Assembly: GCA_002269645.1 (NCBI GenBank)
Contig: NIVC01000111.1
Coordinates: 62,001-126,000 of the forward strand
Source of the DNA: Macrostomum lignano
Lineage: Eukaryota
Length of the DNA stretch: 64,000 nucleotides
Direction of reading: 5' to 3'
Position numbers and translations under genes: made by a program. Below the pieces are notes generated by a model. That model did no database searches and was not told where the DNA came from. It saw only the letters and a program-made list of their open reading frames with translations. This document shows, one piece after another, positions 1-12,310 of the stretch. Numbering within the stretch: position 1 is the first letter of the stretch; every line of letters begins with the position of its first letter.

Positions 1-745
1 ACTATTTAACTGACACTATTTAACTGACACTAATTGACTGACACTATTTAACTGACACTAATTGACTGACACTATTTGACTGACACTAATTGACTGACAC
101 TAATTGACTGACACTGTTTGACTGACACTAATTGACTGACACTGTTTGACTGACACTAATTGACTGACACTATTTAACTGACACTAATTGACTGACACTA
201 ATTGACTGACATTAATTGACTGACACTAATTGACTGACACTAATTGACTGACACTAATTGACTGACACTAATTGACTGACACTAATTGACTGACACTATT
301 TAACTGACACTAATTGACTGACACTAATTGACTGACACTATTTGACTGACACTAATTGACTGACACTAATTGACTGACACTGTTTGACTGACACTGTTTG
401 ACTGACACTAATTGACTGACACTATTTAACTGACACTAATTGACTGACACTGTTTGACTGACACTGTTTGACTGACACTGTTTGACTGTCACTGTTTGAC
501 TGTCACTGTTTGACAGACACTGACTGGCACTGTTTGACTGACACTGTTTGACTGACACTATTTGACTGTCACTGTTTGACTGTCACTGTTTGACTGACAC
601 TGTTTGACTGTCACTGTTTGACTGTCACTGTTTGACTGACACTAATTGACTGACACTGTTTGACTGGCACTGTTTGACTGACATTGTTTGACTGACACTG
701 TTTGACTGACACTGTGACTGACAGCTGTTCGACTGGGAGCTAGTT
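1..745. repeat. 14-bp minisatellite (ACTGACACTAATTG / ACTGACACTGTTTG variants), truncated by window start
   Basis: Direct reading of tandem 14-nt units. Confidence 0.95.
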
Positions 746-1076
746 GACTGACAGCTATTTAGGTTAACAGTTGAGGTTGGCAGTGAAAAGTCGCAGGCCC
801 GCCTCAGTACATGTGCATGCGCAGTACATTTACAGGTTGAGTGTACATTAACGTCAAGCCACACCATCTAAAAGAATATTACTAGATACAAGCTAAGCTG
901 TCGCAAACTGAAATAGATGGTTTTATGGCTGAACAGCTACAGGTACTACTATTATAGAGTAGACAGTTAAGATTGCAGTCAGTAAGCTGATACTTCATGT
1001 ATCTATCTGTATATACAATTTGTAGTTTACTTGCATCCCGCGTGAGCTGCACGCAGATCTGATTGATGACTGTGCA

Positions 1077-4000
1077 TCAGATGTGCTCGCTGAAGCAGCA
1101 GCCCTCGGCGTTGGCCAGCCTGCCGCAGCAGTCCCACACGAACAGGACATCAGCCAGACGGCCCTGGCTGCTGTGCTGCTCCACCCGCTGCCGGCCCTTC
1201 GAATGGTACTTGCAGGCGAACTTGTTGTTGTCAACCAGACGGTAGAGCTTCTGGCAGCGAAGGCACCGGGTGACTGACGTCTTTGCTGGCATCACCTGTT
1301 GCTGCTGCTGTTGTTGCTGCTGCTGCTGCTGAGCTCCGCGACTTCGCTTCTGCGTGTTTCTTGCCAAATTCAGAATCGGCAAGCTGTTGTTGATTGCAGC
1401 GGCAGAGCTTGCTGCTGCCACTGCTGCTGCTGTTGCTCCATCTGCTGCTGCTGTAGTCTTCGATGTTGTAGTTTTCATCGCTTCCAGCTGCGTTGTTGTT
1501 GGCGGATGTGGAGGCGGGAGCGGCTGACGGTACGTGAAGGCGTGCTTCATTGAGGCCACCTGAAATTTTATGTGCCATTATGGATGGCTGCCTGCCGGGG
1601 TTCTGTGAGGAATGGCCTTCATTAGCAGAATGAGACCAGTTCCACACATCTCGCATCAAGCATTCTTCTCACTTCACTCTCTCCTCTCTACTCTCTCATC
1701 TCTCCTCCCCTCTTCTCTCGGCCCTCATGAATTTTCCCTCCCACCTGTTTTTCATAAGCGGCCAGCTGCTTGGCCTTCTCCTTGGCGTCCTCCTCGGCGG
1801 TGCGAAGCGCCTTGGCCAGCGCGTGCAGATCCCGACGCAGACGAGCATTCTCGGTCAGCGAGTCGGCGAGAGGATCGGACTGAGGCTGCTCTGTCTGAGT
1901 GGCATCGTCAGTGGGGTCAGGCTGCTGAGTTGGCTGTTGAGTTGGCTGCTGGTGCCGGGGCCTCAGCGGCACAACGGCAATATCCGAGGGTTTAGCGCCG
2001 GCAAGCACGCGAACTCCCCGCTTCCAGCCGAGAATCGCGCCGGCCACGATTTGGTCCCGCTGAGTCGAATGAGGCGGCTGCTGCTGCTGCTGCTGAGCAT
2101 TGGGGATAATTTTCCCGTTGGCGTCTCCTCCGTCTGACATCGGCACCGAGCTGCTCATAGCGGAGCCGCAGGCTGAGCAGTATGCTTGAAGTGGCTTCTG
2201 GTGCTGCTGCTCACGGGTGAGCTGCTCGCACCGGTTCTGCAGCTCGCGAATGGCCTGAAATTTGAGATTTGGGAAAGTTGCAGTTCTCTGCTTCGATTCA
2301 AGTTCTTTTAGGGCACGAAAATTGGCCCAGGGGGATGTTGTGCGATTTGCAGCCATGAGAGCCAGCCGACAAGGTACAGGGAGTGTACCTGCTTGACTAT
2401 TGGAAAGTCGGGGTCGCCGTGCACCCATCCGTGTGCGATCGCTTGAAAGAAAGGGAGAGAGGCGATAGCAGAGAGGGGGAAGAGTGGGGAGAGAGGGGGA
2501 GAGAAGTGGGAGAGTGGACCGTGAGGAGAGAGGAGAGATGGGAGAGGGGAGAGGGGAGGGAGGGGAGATGGGAAAGAGGGGAGAGAGGGGAGAGAGCAGA
2601 GATGGAAGAGAGGGCAGAGGAGGAGAGGGAAGAGATGGGAGAGAGGAGATAGGGAAGAGAGGGCAGAGGAGGAGAGGGAAGAGAGGGGAGATGGGAAAGA
2701 GGGGAGAGAGGGGAGAGGGAAGAGATGGGAGAGGGAAGAGAGGGGAGAGGGAAGAGAGGGGAGAGTGGGGAGAGAGGAGAGTGGGGAGAGGGGGGGGGTG
2801 GGTAAAGAGTGGAGAGGAGAGTGGAGAGAGGGGAGTGGTAGGAGGGTGTCGCAACAGATGGAGAATTTCGCCCAAGCCCTGCAGCCCCAGCAGCCCACCT
2901 TGTATAGGTCGACCCCGCGGCCGCTCAGCCCTTCGTCACCGGTGGCGCCAGCCGCGAGCAGCCGGGCGCAGTGGCGCCTCTCCTGAGCCAGCTGGGTGAG
3001 CCGTGCCTCCAGCTTGGCATTGATGGATTTCAGCTCTCGGATGAAATTCTCATAGTGCCAGGCCAGCTCCGAAGCCGCGCTCGCCTTCTCCAGAGCCTCG
3101 GACAGCTGCTCCCGCAGTTGAGCAGTTTCAGCCGAGTCCGCTTCCGCTTCCCCTGGTTCAGATTGCACTTCCGGGTTTGCCTCCTCCTCCTCTTTCTCTT
3201 CTTCCTCTTCCCTGTAGTCCGTGAACTGTTTCTGAAGCTTGTATTCCCCATCAGCGTCGCTTCCGGTTAACTGCAGCGTCAACTTCCGGTGCCGCTCCAG
3301 CTCCTCCATGGCTTTAGACATCGAGCTCTGCGATTGGGATGGGAGCTGATTGAAGTGGCGATTTGCGTGCTGAGATAAAGGGAGGGGAGGAGAGACTGGG
3401 AGAGTGATGGGGAGAGTGATGGGGAGAGTGATGGGGAGAGTGATGGGGAAAGTGATGGGGAGAGTGATGGGGAAAGTGATGGGAAGACTGATGGGGAGAG
3501 TGATGGGGAGAGTGATGCGGAGAGTGATGGGGAAAGTGATGGGAAGACTGATGGGGAGAGTGATGGGGTGAGTGATGGGAAGAGTGATGGGAAGACTGAT
3601 GGGGAGAGTGATGGGGTGAGTGATGGGGAGAGTGATGGGGAGAGTGATGGGGAGAGTGATGGGGAGAGTGGTGGGGAGAGTGATGGAGAGAGTGATGGGG
3701 AGAGTGATGGGGAAAGTGATGGGAAGAGTGATGGGGAGAGTGATGGGGAGAGTGATGGGGTGAGTGGTGGGGAGAGTGATGGGGAGAGTGATGGGGAGAG
3801 TGATGGGGAGAGTGATGGGGAGAGTGATGGGAAGAGTGATGGGGAGAGTGATGGGGAGAGTGATGGGGAGAGTGATGGGGAGAGTGATGGGGAGAGTGAT
3901 GGGGAGAGTGATGGGGTGAGTGATGGGAAGAGTGATGGGAAGAGTGATGGGGAGAGTGATGCGGAGAGTGATGGGGAGAGTGATGGGGAGAGTGATGGGG

Positions 4001-4468
4001 AGAGTGATGGGGAGAGTGATGGGGTGAGTGATGGGAAGAGTGATGGGAAGAGTGATGGGGAGAGTGATGGGGAGAGTGATGGGGAGAGTGGTGGGGAGAG
4101 TGATGGGGAGAGTGATGGGGAGAGTGATGGGGAGAGTGATGCGGAGAGTGATGGGGAGAGTGATGGGGAGAGTGATGGGGAGAGTGATGGGGAGAGTGAT
4201 GGGGAGAGTGATGGGGAGAGTGATGGGGGACAGTGAGGGAGAATAAAGGAATGAGGGTAGAGCTCAGGGAGAATCATGCGAAGGATCCCCAGTCAAGGCT
4301 CACCCTCCAGCCGTTCCTCTCGTGCTGCAGCTGTGTCTGCAGAAAATTGCCCATCATCAGCCTGTCCAGTTCGTCCAGCTTCTTTGACAAGCTGGGATTT
4401 GAAGCCAAAAACTCGTCGGTTTTTCGACGCAAATCGCCATCGATGCTGTGCCGCTCTGAGGCCGGCAT
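1077..4468 (-). CDS. 4-exon coiled-coil protein with C-terminal Cys/His finger, ~542 aa; complement(join(1077..1559,1745..2254,2899..3369,4304..4468))
   Basis: Three GT-AG introns (1560-1744, 2255-2898, 3370-4303), all phase 0, join four ORF-track segments in frame (GWR|HANR, LYK|AIRE, EKQ|VASM). Heptad-like stretches. Last exon has CLRC..CKYH..WDCC..GC..H. Confidence 0.7.
2450..2835. repeat. GA-rich low-complexity tract (intronic)
   Basis: Almost pure purine tract inside predicted intron 2255-2898. Confidence 0.9.
3396..4230. repeat. 12-bp minisatellite (GATGGGGAGAGT)n, intronic
   Basis: Tandem units; produce the spurious SDGE/SPSL repeat ORFs. Confidence 0.95.
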
Positions 4469-4959
4469 GGCTGTTGCCAGTTCGAATTTGGCTCAACAGC
4501 AGCAACAGACCGGGGATAGCAACAGGCTCGCCTGAGTGCCTGAGCGCTTTTTTATTAACCTGCGATAAAACAAACGAGACAGAAAATGAGCGACTGGCAG
4601 AGTGGGTGCACTTGTGTCTGCCTGCTCAAGCCACTCGATGTAGCCACTCGTATGCGAGCATGCAGCTTTCTGCTCTCTTACCCGGCTCTCAACGCTCTGA
4701 GCTGCTCTCTTCTCTATCTCTCTCTCTCAAGCCGAGCAGAAATACAGTGTCAGACAGAGCGCGGATCGGCTGCGGGACTCTGCATGCTGTTGCAGAGAAT
4801 TCAATGGCTGGAGCAGCTACCCACCGCATGATTGTCATTGAGCGCCTTTGTGAGAAACAAGAATTGGCTCGAGATTTTTTAGAGTTCTTCAAGTTGTAAC
4901 TGTTTAAGCTGCGAACTGTACGGCTGAATTACGGTGGGGCCACCGGTGCGCTTGGCAGG

Positions 4960-5135
<176 letters not shown>

Positions 5136-7026
5136 AGTGTCTGTCTGACGGACACTTGGGTGACGGGCGCACACCAAGAGACAAGGGCGCACACCAAGAC
5201 ACCAAATACCGGTACCCCTCAGGGTTGCGACACCCTTCAAATAAAATTACTGCGCACGTCACTGCCAATTCAAGAACAAGAATTCATTTTCAAACGTTTG
5301 AAAGCAGATCCATATTAGCTGCCAGTCAGACCCACCGGCTATTTTACTTAATTTTAGCTTACAGGCCTTTGTATTTTATATACAGTTTCCAAGTGATAAG
5401 TTGATATCGAATATGTACTCGTAAACAATTGTCGGAAAGAATGAAAGTTAATTGAAGAAACTTCAAGGGCCAAGCAACAATCGAAATAGTTATTAAAAAT
5501 TACTTTTGGGCATCATTATTTTTTCATGCCAAACAGCTGAAATAAAAGTGAAGTAAACATAATTTACCCACTCCTTTTAAACTGATATTTATTCAATAAT
5601 TTCCTAAAATTACAAAACTGGAGAATTTCTAGTATATTAGCTTTGCTGTGGATAAATAGGTTGAGGGCTTCAGAGCATAATTATGCATAGCTAGTCAGAA
5701 ATCGACTTTACATTCACGATATTTTTCACGAGTTTAGCTGATTAGAAGTGTTAATTAACGGACGATTTTTTAAAATGGAACGACTTTGCTTGTTTCCAGA
5801 TCCAAAACGTTTTCAGGTTATCCAACAGTTGTTTCAGCTGTATTCATGCGATTTTGTTAGTTTGAATCACAGATTCGAAAATAACTAGATGGGCCACTCA
5901 GTCTAATATGCTTAGTAAAACAACTTTCTACTTTTTTAATTCAGTAGCAAAGAAGAAAAAGTAGCTATTTTTTTAAAATGGCATCTGAATTGAAATTGAA
6001 ATGACTTTTGTAAGTTTAGAAGCCCAAGCTTGCAGGCGTAAACAATTTGCTAATTGGTTCAGCAATAATGTACATTGGCCACTGAATGTACATGGCAGCT
6101 TTAGGCTGGAATTCCGAGAAAGGCAAGAAAAATTGGGGCGGGCGGACGGGGTAGTGTGGAAAAGCGCGGTTGGAGGGTTTAAGCTGGGGGGGGGGTAAGA
6201 GCCAATAAATGAGCCTTGGCTTTAAAAATACATAAAGATGGTTCTGTTTAACTTGCTACTGAACTGAAATTAGTTTACACGCAAATGTGATGAGTGGCTC
6301 ATCTAGTTATTCTATAGTATCTGTGGTGGTCTATATATAGTTTCATTGTTGCGCATTCTTGTCATTCGAATCGCCTCGTGACTCGTCGTCTGGGTCTCCT
6401 CGATTGTCCCCTCTACCGTCTTGAGCGTCTTACTGCCGACCGCTTTGTCTTTGAACGCTGATCTGCCTAAAAATATCCAAGTGACGCAGATGCCTGCCCA
6501 CTATAGTGCACGCGAAGGCGTATTCAGCATGCCAGTGAAGTATGAGACAGACTAGGCCCATGGGCTAAGGTCTGCGATGCTTCACGCCTGCCCCTATCTT
6601 CAGCAGGTCAAGGCTGGTGGGAGGTCTGCACCCTCTATTTGCCTCTGGCAGCCGCAGACCCCCCCCCCACGCTGTCTCGCAAGTCGACCCAGGGTACTCG
6701 TCCCCGCGTGTGTTCAAGGCAGTCCCTAGGGCTGCTGGACAGACTGGGCTCCGGCGCTGGCGACCCTATCCAGTGGCTTCGGCCGAATTTGGGTATGCGG
6801 GTCTGGCTCGCCAACCTGCAGGCCGTGGTACTGCTCAACGTACTCTCTAATGCCTAAGGTGTTGACCGTGCCGATGGGCTGGAAGGCCGGGGAGTAGTCC
6901 GGTCGCAAGCGGTCCCCCTCCTGGTGTCGGGCCAGCCTTGAGGGTGCTATTGGCCTACTGCCCGGTCAGGTGGAGCGGCCGGGTGGGTACCGCGCCCCTT
7001 TGAGGGTAGCCCACCAACCTTTTATC

Positions 7027-8547
7027 ATGGCCTTCGAGCCGACTATGGATAAACAAGCTATTTCTAGGGATGGGGACCCTTCTAAACCCCAACCTCAGTC
7101 CGAAGGACCGGCCGGCCCTGCTGGCAGATCCCAACCGACTGATTCAACTGTGGCAAAGGAAGGACCGGCTGGCTCTGCTGGCAGATCCGACCAGAGCTAC
7201 CAAACTCAAAATACCCTAAGACCTGCCAGCTCCGCTGGTGGATCTAAGGGAACCGCGAGCTCTGAGCCTAAAGGACCGGCCAAATCTGGCAGATCCGATG
7301 AAGCTCAGCGGGCTCGGCTTGAGCGCAAACGCGCTAAACAACGCGCCAAAAGGCAGGCCAAGAAGGGAGCTGCGGGGGCCAAAGCGGCGGCGTCCACCAT
7401 GGATGCTGAAGCGACTGGAGTCCCAAGGCAACCAGGCGGGCCGGCCGGTGGAAGCTCCAGTAGTTCAGCGGCGGCGCTCCCTGGAGCTGCTGCCGCGGCT
7501 GCTGAGGCCGAAACCACGGCGCAACAAATGGCCACTGCCAACAAGGAGGTTCCTTCGGGAGCTACCTTTGCGGCGAAGGCCAAGGCCAAAATCCCGGGAG
7601 TGATCATCCAAGGTCGCGACCAGGACTGGACCACTGATCAGCTTCAAAAAGTGTGGAGTGCTGTTGACTCCTATCTGATTGAGCTGACTGTCGAGGAGGG
7701 AATCTCCATCGGCGTTGAGCGGATGGTGCTGCGAAGCACATTCGTTCTTATTGCTCCTAGCAGCGAGGAGGACGCTCGGCGGCTGCTCCAGCGGCTACCG
7801 ACGGTCTCCTTGGATGCTGACCTTGGCGGAGCTCTTTTTCTTCGCGAGGGCCAGCGTCCAAAGACGATACCCTATGTGGTTTTCGTCCCTGCTAAGAGCA
7901 CCGCAGCTGGACCAGACGTTATTCGCCGGGTCCTACTGCGTCTGAACCCCGACCTCCCTGCTAGTGGACTGGTGTATCACCGTAAAGTCCGCAGGGGGGA
8001 GACGGGCAACTCAATTGTCCTCGGCCTTTCCAGCACTTGGGCGAGTCGGTACCCTAATGGATCCTCTTTCCAGCTGGGTGCCCTCAAGCTCAAGTTGCGC
8101 CGAGGAAAGTCTGCCAAAGGGAAGGCTACTGCCAACCCCGGCATCTCCGGCAAGAGCGGGGCGCAGTCTAAGGCCCAAGGAAAGGCGAAAGCCGATCCCA
8201 AAGCCAAAGCTGCATCTCGCCCCTCTGCTAGCAGCAGTTCGGCGACCGCGGTAACGGCTCCGGCCGAGCCCCGGGAACCAAACCTGCCAGTCGGAGAAGG
8301 AGTTGAGGACGAGGCCGGGTCTTCGGAATCCGAGCTCTCCTCGGCCACCTTGGTGGGGTCTGAAGGTAAAGATGCAGGTGAGGAAGCTTCCTCCATCCTG
8401 TCATCGGAGCCTGAGGACTCTGCTGGGGGGCCGGTGGGGGTGAGGAGGCCATGGACGTCGACCAACTCCCATCTCCCAGTCAAGCCCCAGCGGCCTGGGA
8501 CGAGGACGATCTGTTGTCCAAGTCTCCTTGATGGCCCTGGGCTCTAG
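7027..8547 (+). CDS. LINE ORF1 (gag-like nucleic-acid chaperone), ~506 aa; no CCHC knuckle seen
   Basis: Long ORF directly upstream of the endonuclease ORF. Basic Lys/Arg stretch; three EGPAG.AGRS-like repeats near the N-terminus. Confidence 0.8.
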   Translation: MAFEPTMDKQAISRDGDPSKPQPQSEGPAGPAGRSQPTDSTVAKEGPAGSAGRSDQSYQTQNTLRPASSAGGSKGTASSEPKGPAKSGRSDEAQRARLERKRAKQRAKRQAKKGAAGAKAAASTMDAEATGVPRQPGGPAGGSSSSSAAALPGAAAAAAEAETTAQQMATANKEVPSGATFAAKAKAKIPGVIIQGRDQDWTTDQLQKVWSAVDSYLIELTVEEGISIGVERMVLRSTFVLIAPSSEEDARRLLQRLPTVSLDADLGGALFLREGQRPKTIPYVVFVPAKSTAAGPDVIRRVLLRLNPDLPASGLVYHRKVRRGETGNSIVLGLSSTWASRYPNGSSFQLGALKLKLRRGKSAKGKATANPGISGKSGAQSKAQGKAKADPKAKAASRPSASSSSATAVTAPAEPREPNLPVGEGVEDEAGSSESELSSATLVGSEGKDAGEEASSILSSEPEDSAGGPVGVRRPWTSTNSHLPVKPQRPGTRTICCPSLLDGPGL

Positions 8548-8570
8548 CCAGATATTGCATTTAATACAGT

Positions 8571-11500
8571 ATGACTAAGCTCCACGCTGCCAAAGGAGCG
8601 ACATTCTGTCTGCAAATAAATTTACAGCATTGCGTATCTGCGTCAGTAAATCTGATGAAGATTGCTGAGCTGTACAGGCCAGGCCTCATCCTGATCCAGG
8701 AACCCTGGATGCGCAACGGTAAGTTGCCCAACATTCCCTCTGGCTACTCTGATTTTTATGTGTGTGGCCCGGGGAACAGCCGCCCTAGAGCGGCTATCCT
8801 CGCTGCTAGCCATCTCCAGGCTTGGCTGAGGACTGATCTCTCTGATGGAGACCTTTGCGTCATCCAATCTAATCATTTCTCTCCGCGTACGTGTCTTGTT
8901 GCCTCGGTTTATATCCCAGGCGACAGAGACCCTGCTCCGAGAGTTTACTGCGCCTTGCGCAGTACTGCGAGTCCCAGAACGCTGAGCTGTGCTTAGGGGG
9001 CGACCTCAACGCGCACCACAAGCACTGGGGCAGCAAAGATACCAACACTAGAGGAGAGGAGCTTCTGGCCCTCATCTCTAACACAAACCTCATGCTCTGC
9101 AACCGCGGCAGCACTCCTACCTTTAATAATGGCAGATGGACCGAGGTCCTCGACGCCACACTCGTTACCCCAAGACTCTTTGACAGAGTCAAGGAGTGGA
9201 GAGTCTGGTCTGAGGAGCCCTCCCTGTCTGACCACTGCTTTATCGCCTTTAACATCGCGGACACTAAAACCCCGTCTCCGATCACTTGGAGACGCAATAT
9301 CCGCAACACTGATTGGGCGGCCTACAAGGCTGCCCTTGATCTGCACCTGCAGGAACTCACGGACTTACGTCCGATTGAGACCTGCGAGGATGTGGATCAT
9401 ATGGCTGAGACGCTGACAGGTTGCATTATTGCAGCCTACGAAGCGGCTTGTCCTGCTCGCGCCTACAGAGGCAAGACCTCGGCGCCGTGGTGGAACCCGG
9501 AGCTGGGGAAACTCAGGCGGAAGGCCAAAAGCCTTCATCGCCGTGCCATGAAGACCGGAAACCCGGAGGACATGGAGCTTTTCCGGCAAGCCTCCCGCAA
9601 TTTCAAATCTGAAGTGCGCAAGGCCAAGGAATGTAAGTGGCGCCAATTCTGCAATGAATTGGATCAAGACAGACCTACTTCTAGGCTTGTCAAGGCCCTT
9701 ACAATGGACAAAATGTCCAAATTAGCCATGATCAAAAAAGATGATGGCTCTCTTACTAAAGACCCTGAAGAAGTGCTTCAGCATATGCTTAGCACATTCT
9801 TCCCGAGGGTACCTACTGCTAGACCGGAGCCCAACCATTCGATGGATGGAGCCACCCTAGCGGCGGGCATTGTCACTGAAGACCTAATCGCTCGTGCGGT
9901 CAGAACCTTCAAACCCTTCAAATCTCCTGGACCTGATGGTATCTACCCTGTTCTCCTTCGTGAAGCAGCCAAGATACCCTCGTTCCTGAGACTCACCCGC
10001 AATCTTATGCGGGCCTCTATCCAGCTGGGATACGTTCCCAAAAGCTGGACTGAAGCTCGAGTAGTCTTTATTCCCAAACCTGGGAAGGGTGACTACCAAA
10101 GCGTCAAGGCCTTCCGGCCAATTAGCTTAACGTCAGCAATGCTTAAGCTCACTGAGAGGCTTATTCTCTGGCGGCTGCTCTCCTGCGAGCTGACAGCGAT
10201 GCCCCTCAGCAATAATCAGCACGCCTTCCGTACCGGGAGGTCGACTGACAGCGCCCTGCATGCGATTGTCGAAAAGATTGAACGGGCGGTACTGGGTGAC
10301 GGTTACGCCCTGGCTCTCTTTCTTGACATTGTTGGCGCCTTCGACAACGTTATCTTTGAAGCGTTTCAGAGGGCCCTTCAAAATCGCAAAGCTCATGCTA
10401 CCCTCATACGGTGGATCATGTACATGATCTCCAACCGTACGGTCACTGCCCAACTTCTTGGGCAAACTGCCTCCACCAGAGTCTGTAAGGGTGGACCCCA
10501 AGGCGGAGTCCTCACCCCGACGCTCTGGAACCTGGTCATGGACGCTCTTCTGAGTGACTCCCGACCTGACCCCGTCTTCAAAGTCGGGTATGCTGATGAC
10601 GTCACGGCCATTGTGGCAGGACCGTCTCCCAGCACGCTCAGGGATCTGATGCAGAGCTTTATCCGCAAAGCAGAATCCTGGGCCAATGACAATGGTTTGG
10701 AACTCTCTGAGCCCAAAACCGTTGCCATTATGTTTACCAGCAGACTACGCTGGAACATACGTCCTCTGCAGCTCTACGGCAGAGATATTGCCTTCGCGCA
10801 CCAGACCAGATGTCTCGGGGTCACACTTGACCACCGGCTCAACTGGTCCTTCCACGTGAAAGCAAAAGCTAAGCGTGCCTCAGCCATCCTGGCCCAGCTC
10901 CGACGAGCACTTGGCACTTCTTGGGGTCTATCCCCAAAGCGGCTTTGGTGGATCTATACTTCCGTAGTTAGACCTGCCATTACGTACGCCTCTGTTGTCT
11001 GGGTTAGCGCTACCCAGGTCAAAAGCCATGCAGACCTGCTCAACACGATCCAAGGCAGAGCGTGTAGGCTCATCTGCAACGCCACCAGGTCCACGCCCTT
11101 TGCTGGCATGGGGGCCTTTCTTAATCTTCCGCCTCTTGACCTCTTCATCAGGGGTGAGGCGGCTAGAACGACGCGGCGTCTAATTGATGCCGGCGTCAAA
11201 TTCATTTACATGAGAGCACCTGCTAAGCGGAACCTTGTCCCGCATAGCGATCTGTGCCTCAACTTTCTCAACGAGTGTCAGGCCAATCGCGTCTTCACCG
11301 ATGGCATTGCCTCAACGCTCAACCTGAGACAGCGCTACTCCGTAGCTATCGACTCGCGCGATAACATCAATGACCATTGGAACCCTGGTGAGCTTCATTG
11401 CTACACCGACGGTTCTAAGCAGTCAGCCAACACCGGCTTTGGTGTTGGAATCTTTCTGAACGGGAGGGTCATCGCTACCCACGCTCAATACACTATGGTC

Positions 11501-12310
11501 AACTCCAGTGTTTTCCAAAATGAAGTTCTGGCCATCAGCTCCTGCACTGCAGAGCTTCTCGCCACTGGCGTTACTGGTAAGAACATCATTTTCCATTCGG
11601 ACAGCCAAGCTGCCTTGCACGCCATCAGTGGCTGCAGCACCAACTCTGCTACAGTCCTCGACTGTATCAAACTCCTCAATGTGTTGGGTTCCGCCAACAA
11701 AATTACCCTTAAGTGGGTTCCGGGGCATGTGGGGATCCGAGGAAATGAGTTGGCTGACACCCTTGCAAAAGTTGGTGCCTCCGGCTCCTCTCTCGGCCCC
11801 GAACCTCTTGTCCCGATTCCTGGCTGTGTCATCGACTCGCGCATCAAAGCGTGGATCAGGACTCAGCACCGCTCGACTTGGGCGAACCGCACGAACTGCA
11901 GGCAATCCAGAGGCGCTGTCCCTCAGCCCTCTCACCAGCTCCGGAAGCTCCTCTTGCGCCTCTCGCGCAGAGACATCCGGGCTGCCACCATGACCCTCTC
12001 TGGTCACGGCTGCTTCTCCAGGCACCAGTACCTGCAGGGCAACGCCACCAACGCCACCTGTAGTTTCTGCAACTCAGGTGACGAAACCGCTGAGCATTTC
12101 GTCAGCATCTGTCCCGCCTTCACGCGGGCCAGACTCACTTACCTCGGGCCACACACATCTATTACTGAAGCGTGCAAACCCGAAAACTTTAATCAGCTCA
12201 TGCGCTACCTTCGGGCCACCCGCAGGGCTGAACTCTCCTTTCCAGAGAGCACCATAGCTGCTGGCGACACTGGGGGACCTCCCTGGGCGGCGCCAACCCT
12301 CCGTCCATAG
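8571..12310 (+). pseudogene. LINE ORF2: APE endonuclease - reverse transcriptase - RNase H - CCHC finger; one -1 frameshift at ~8935
   Basis: QINLQH, LIQEPW, SVYIP (8571-8996 frame), then [67 protein letters not shown] (8891-12310 frame). Confidence 0.92.

Noticed and set aside
3279-4277. Long SPSL/SDGE repeat ORFs
   Set aside because: Translation of a 12-bp intronic minisatellite on both strands.
6509-6810. HDV or hammerhead ribozyme in the first LINE 5' UTR (GCTGGA/TCCAGT-GG, cTTCGg, CGAAT)
   Set aside because: No consistent P2/P3/L3 could be built and there is no CTGATGA core; only ordinary hairpins are supported.
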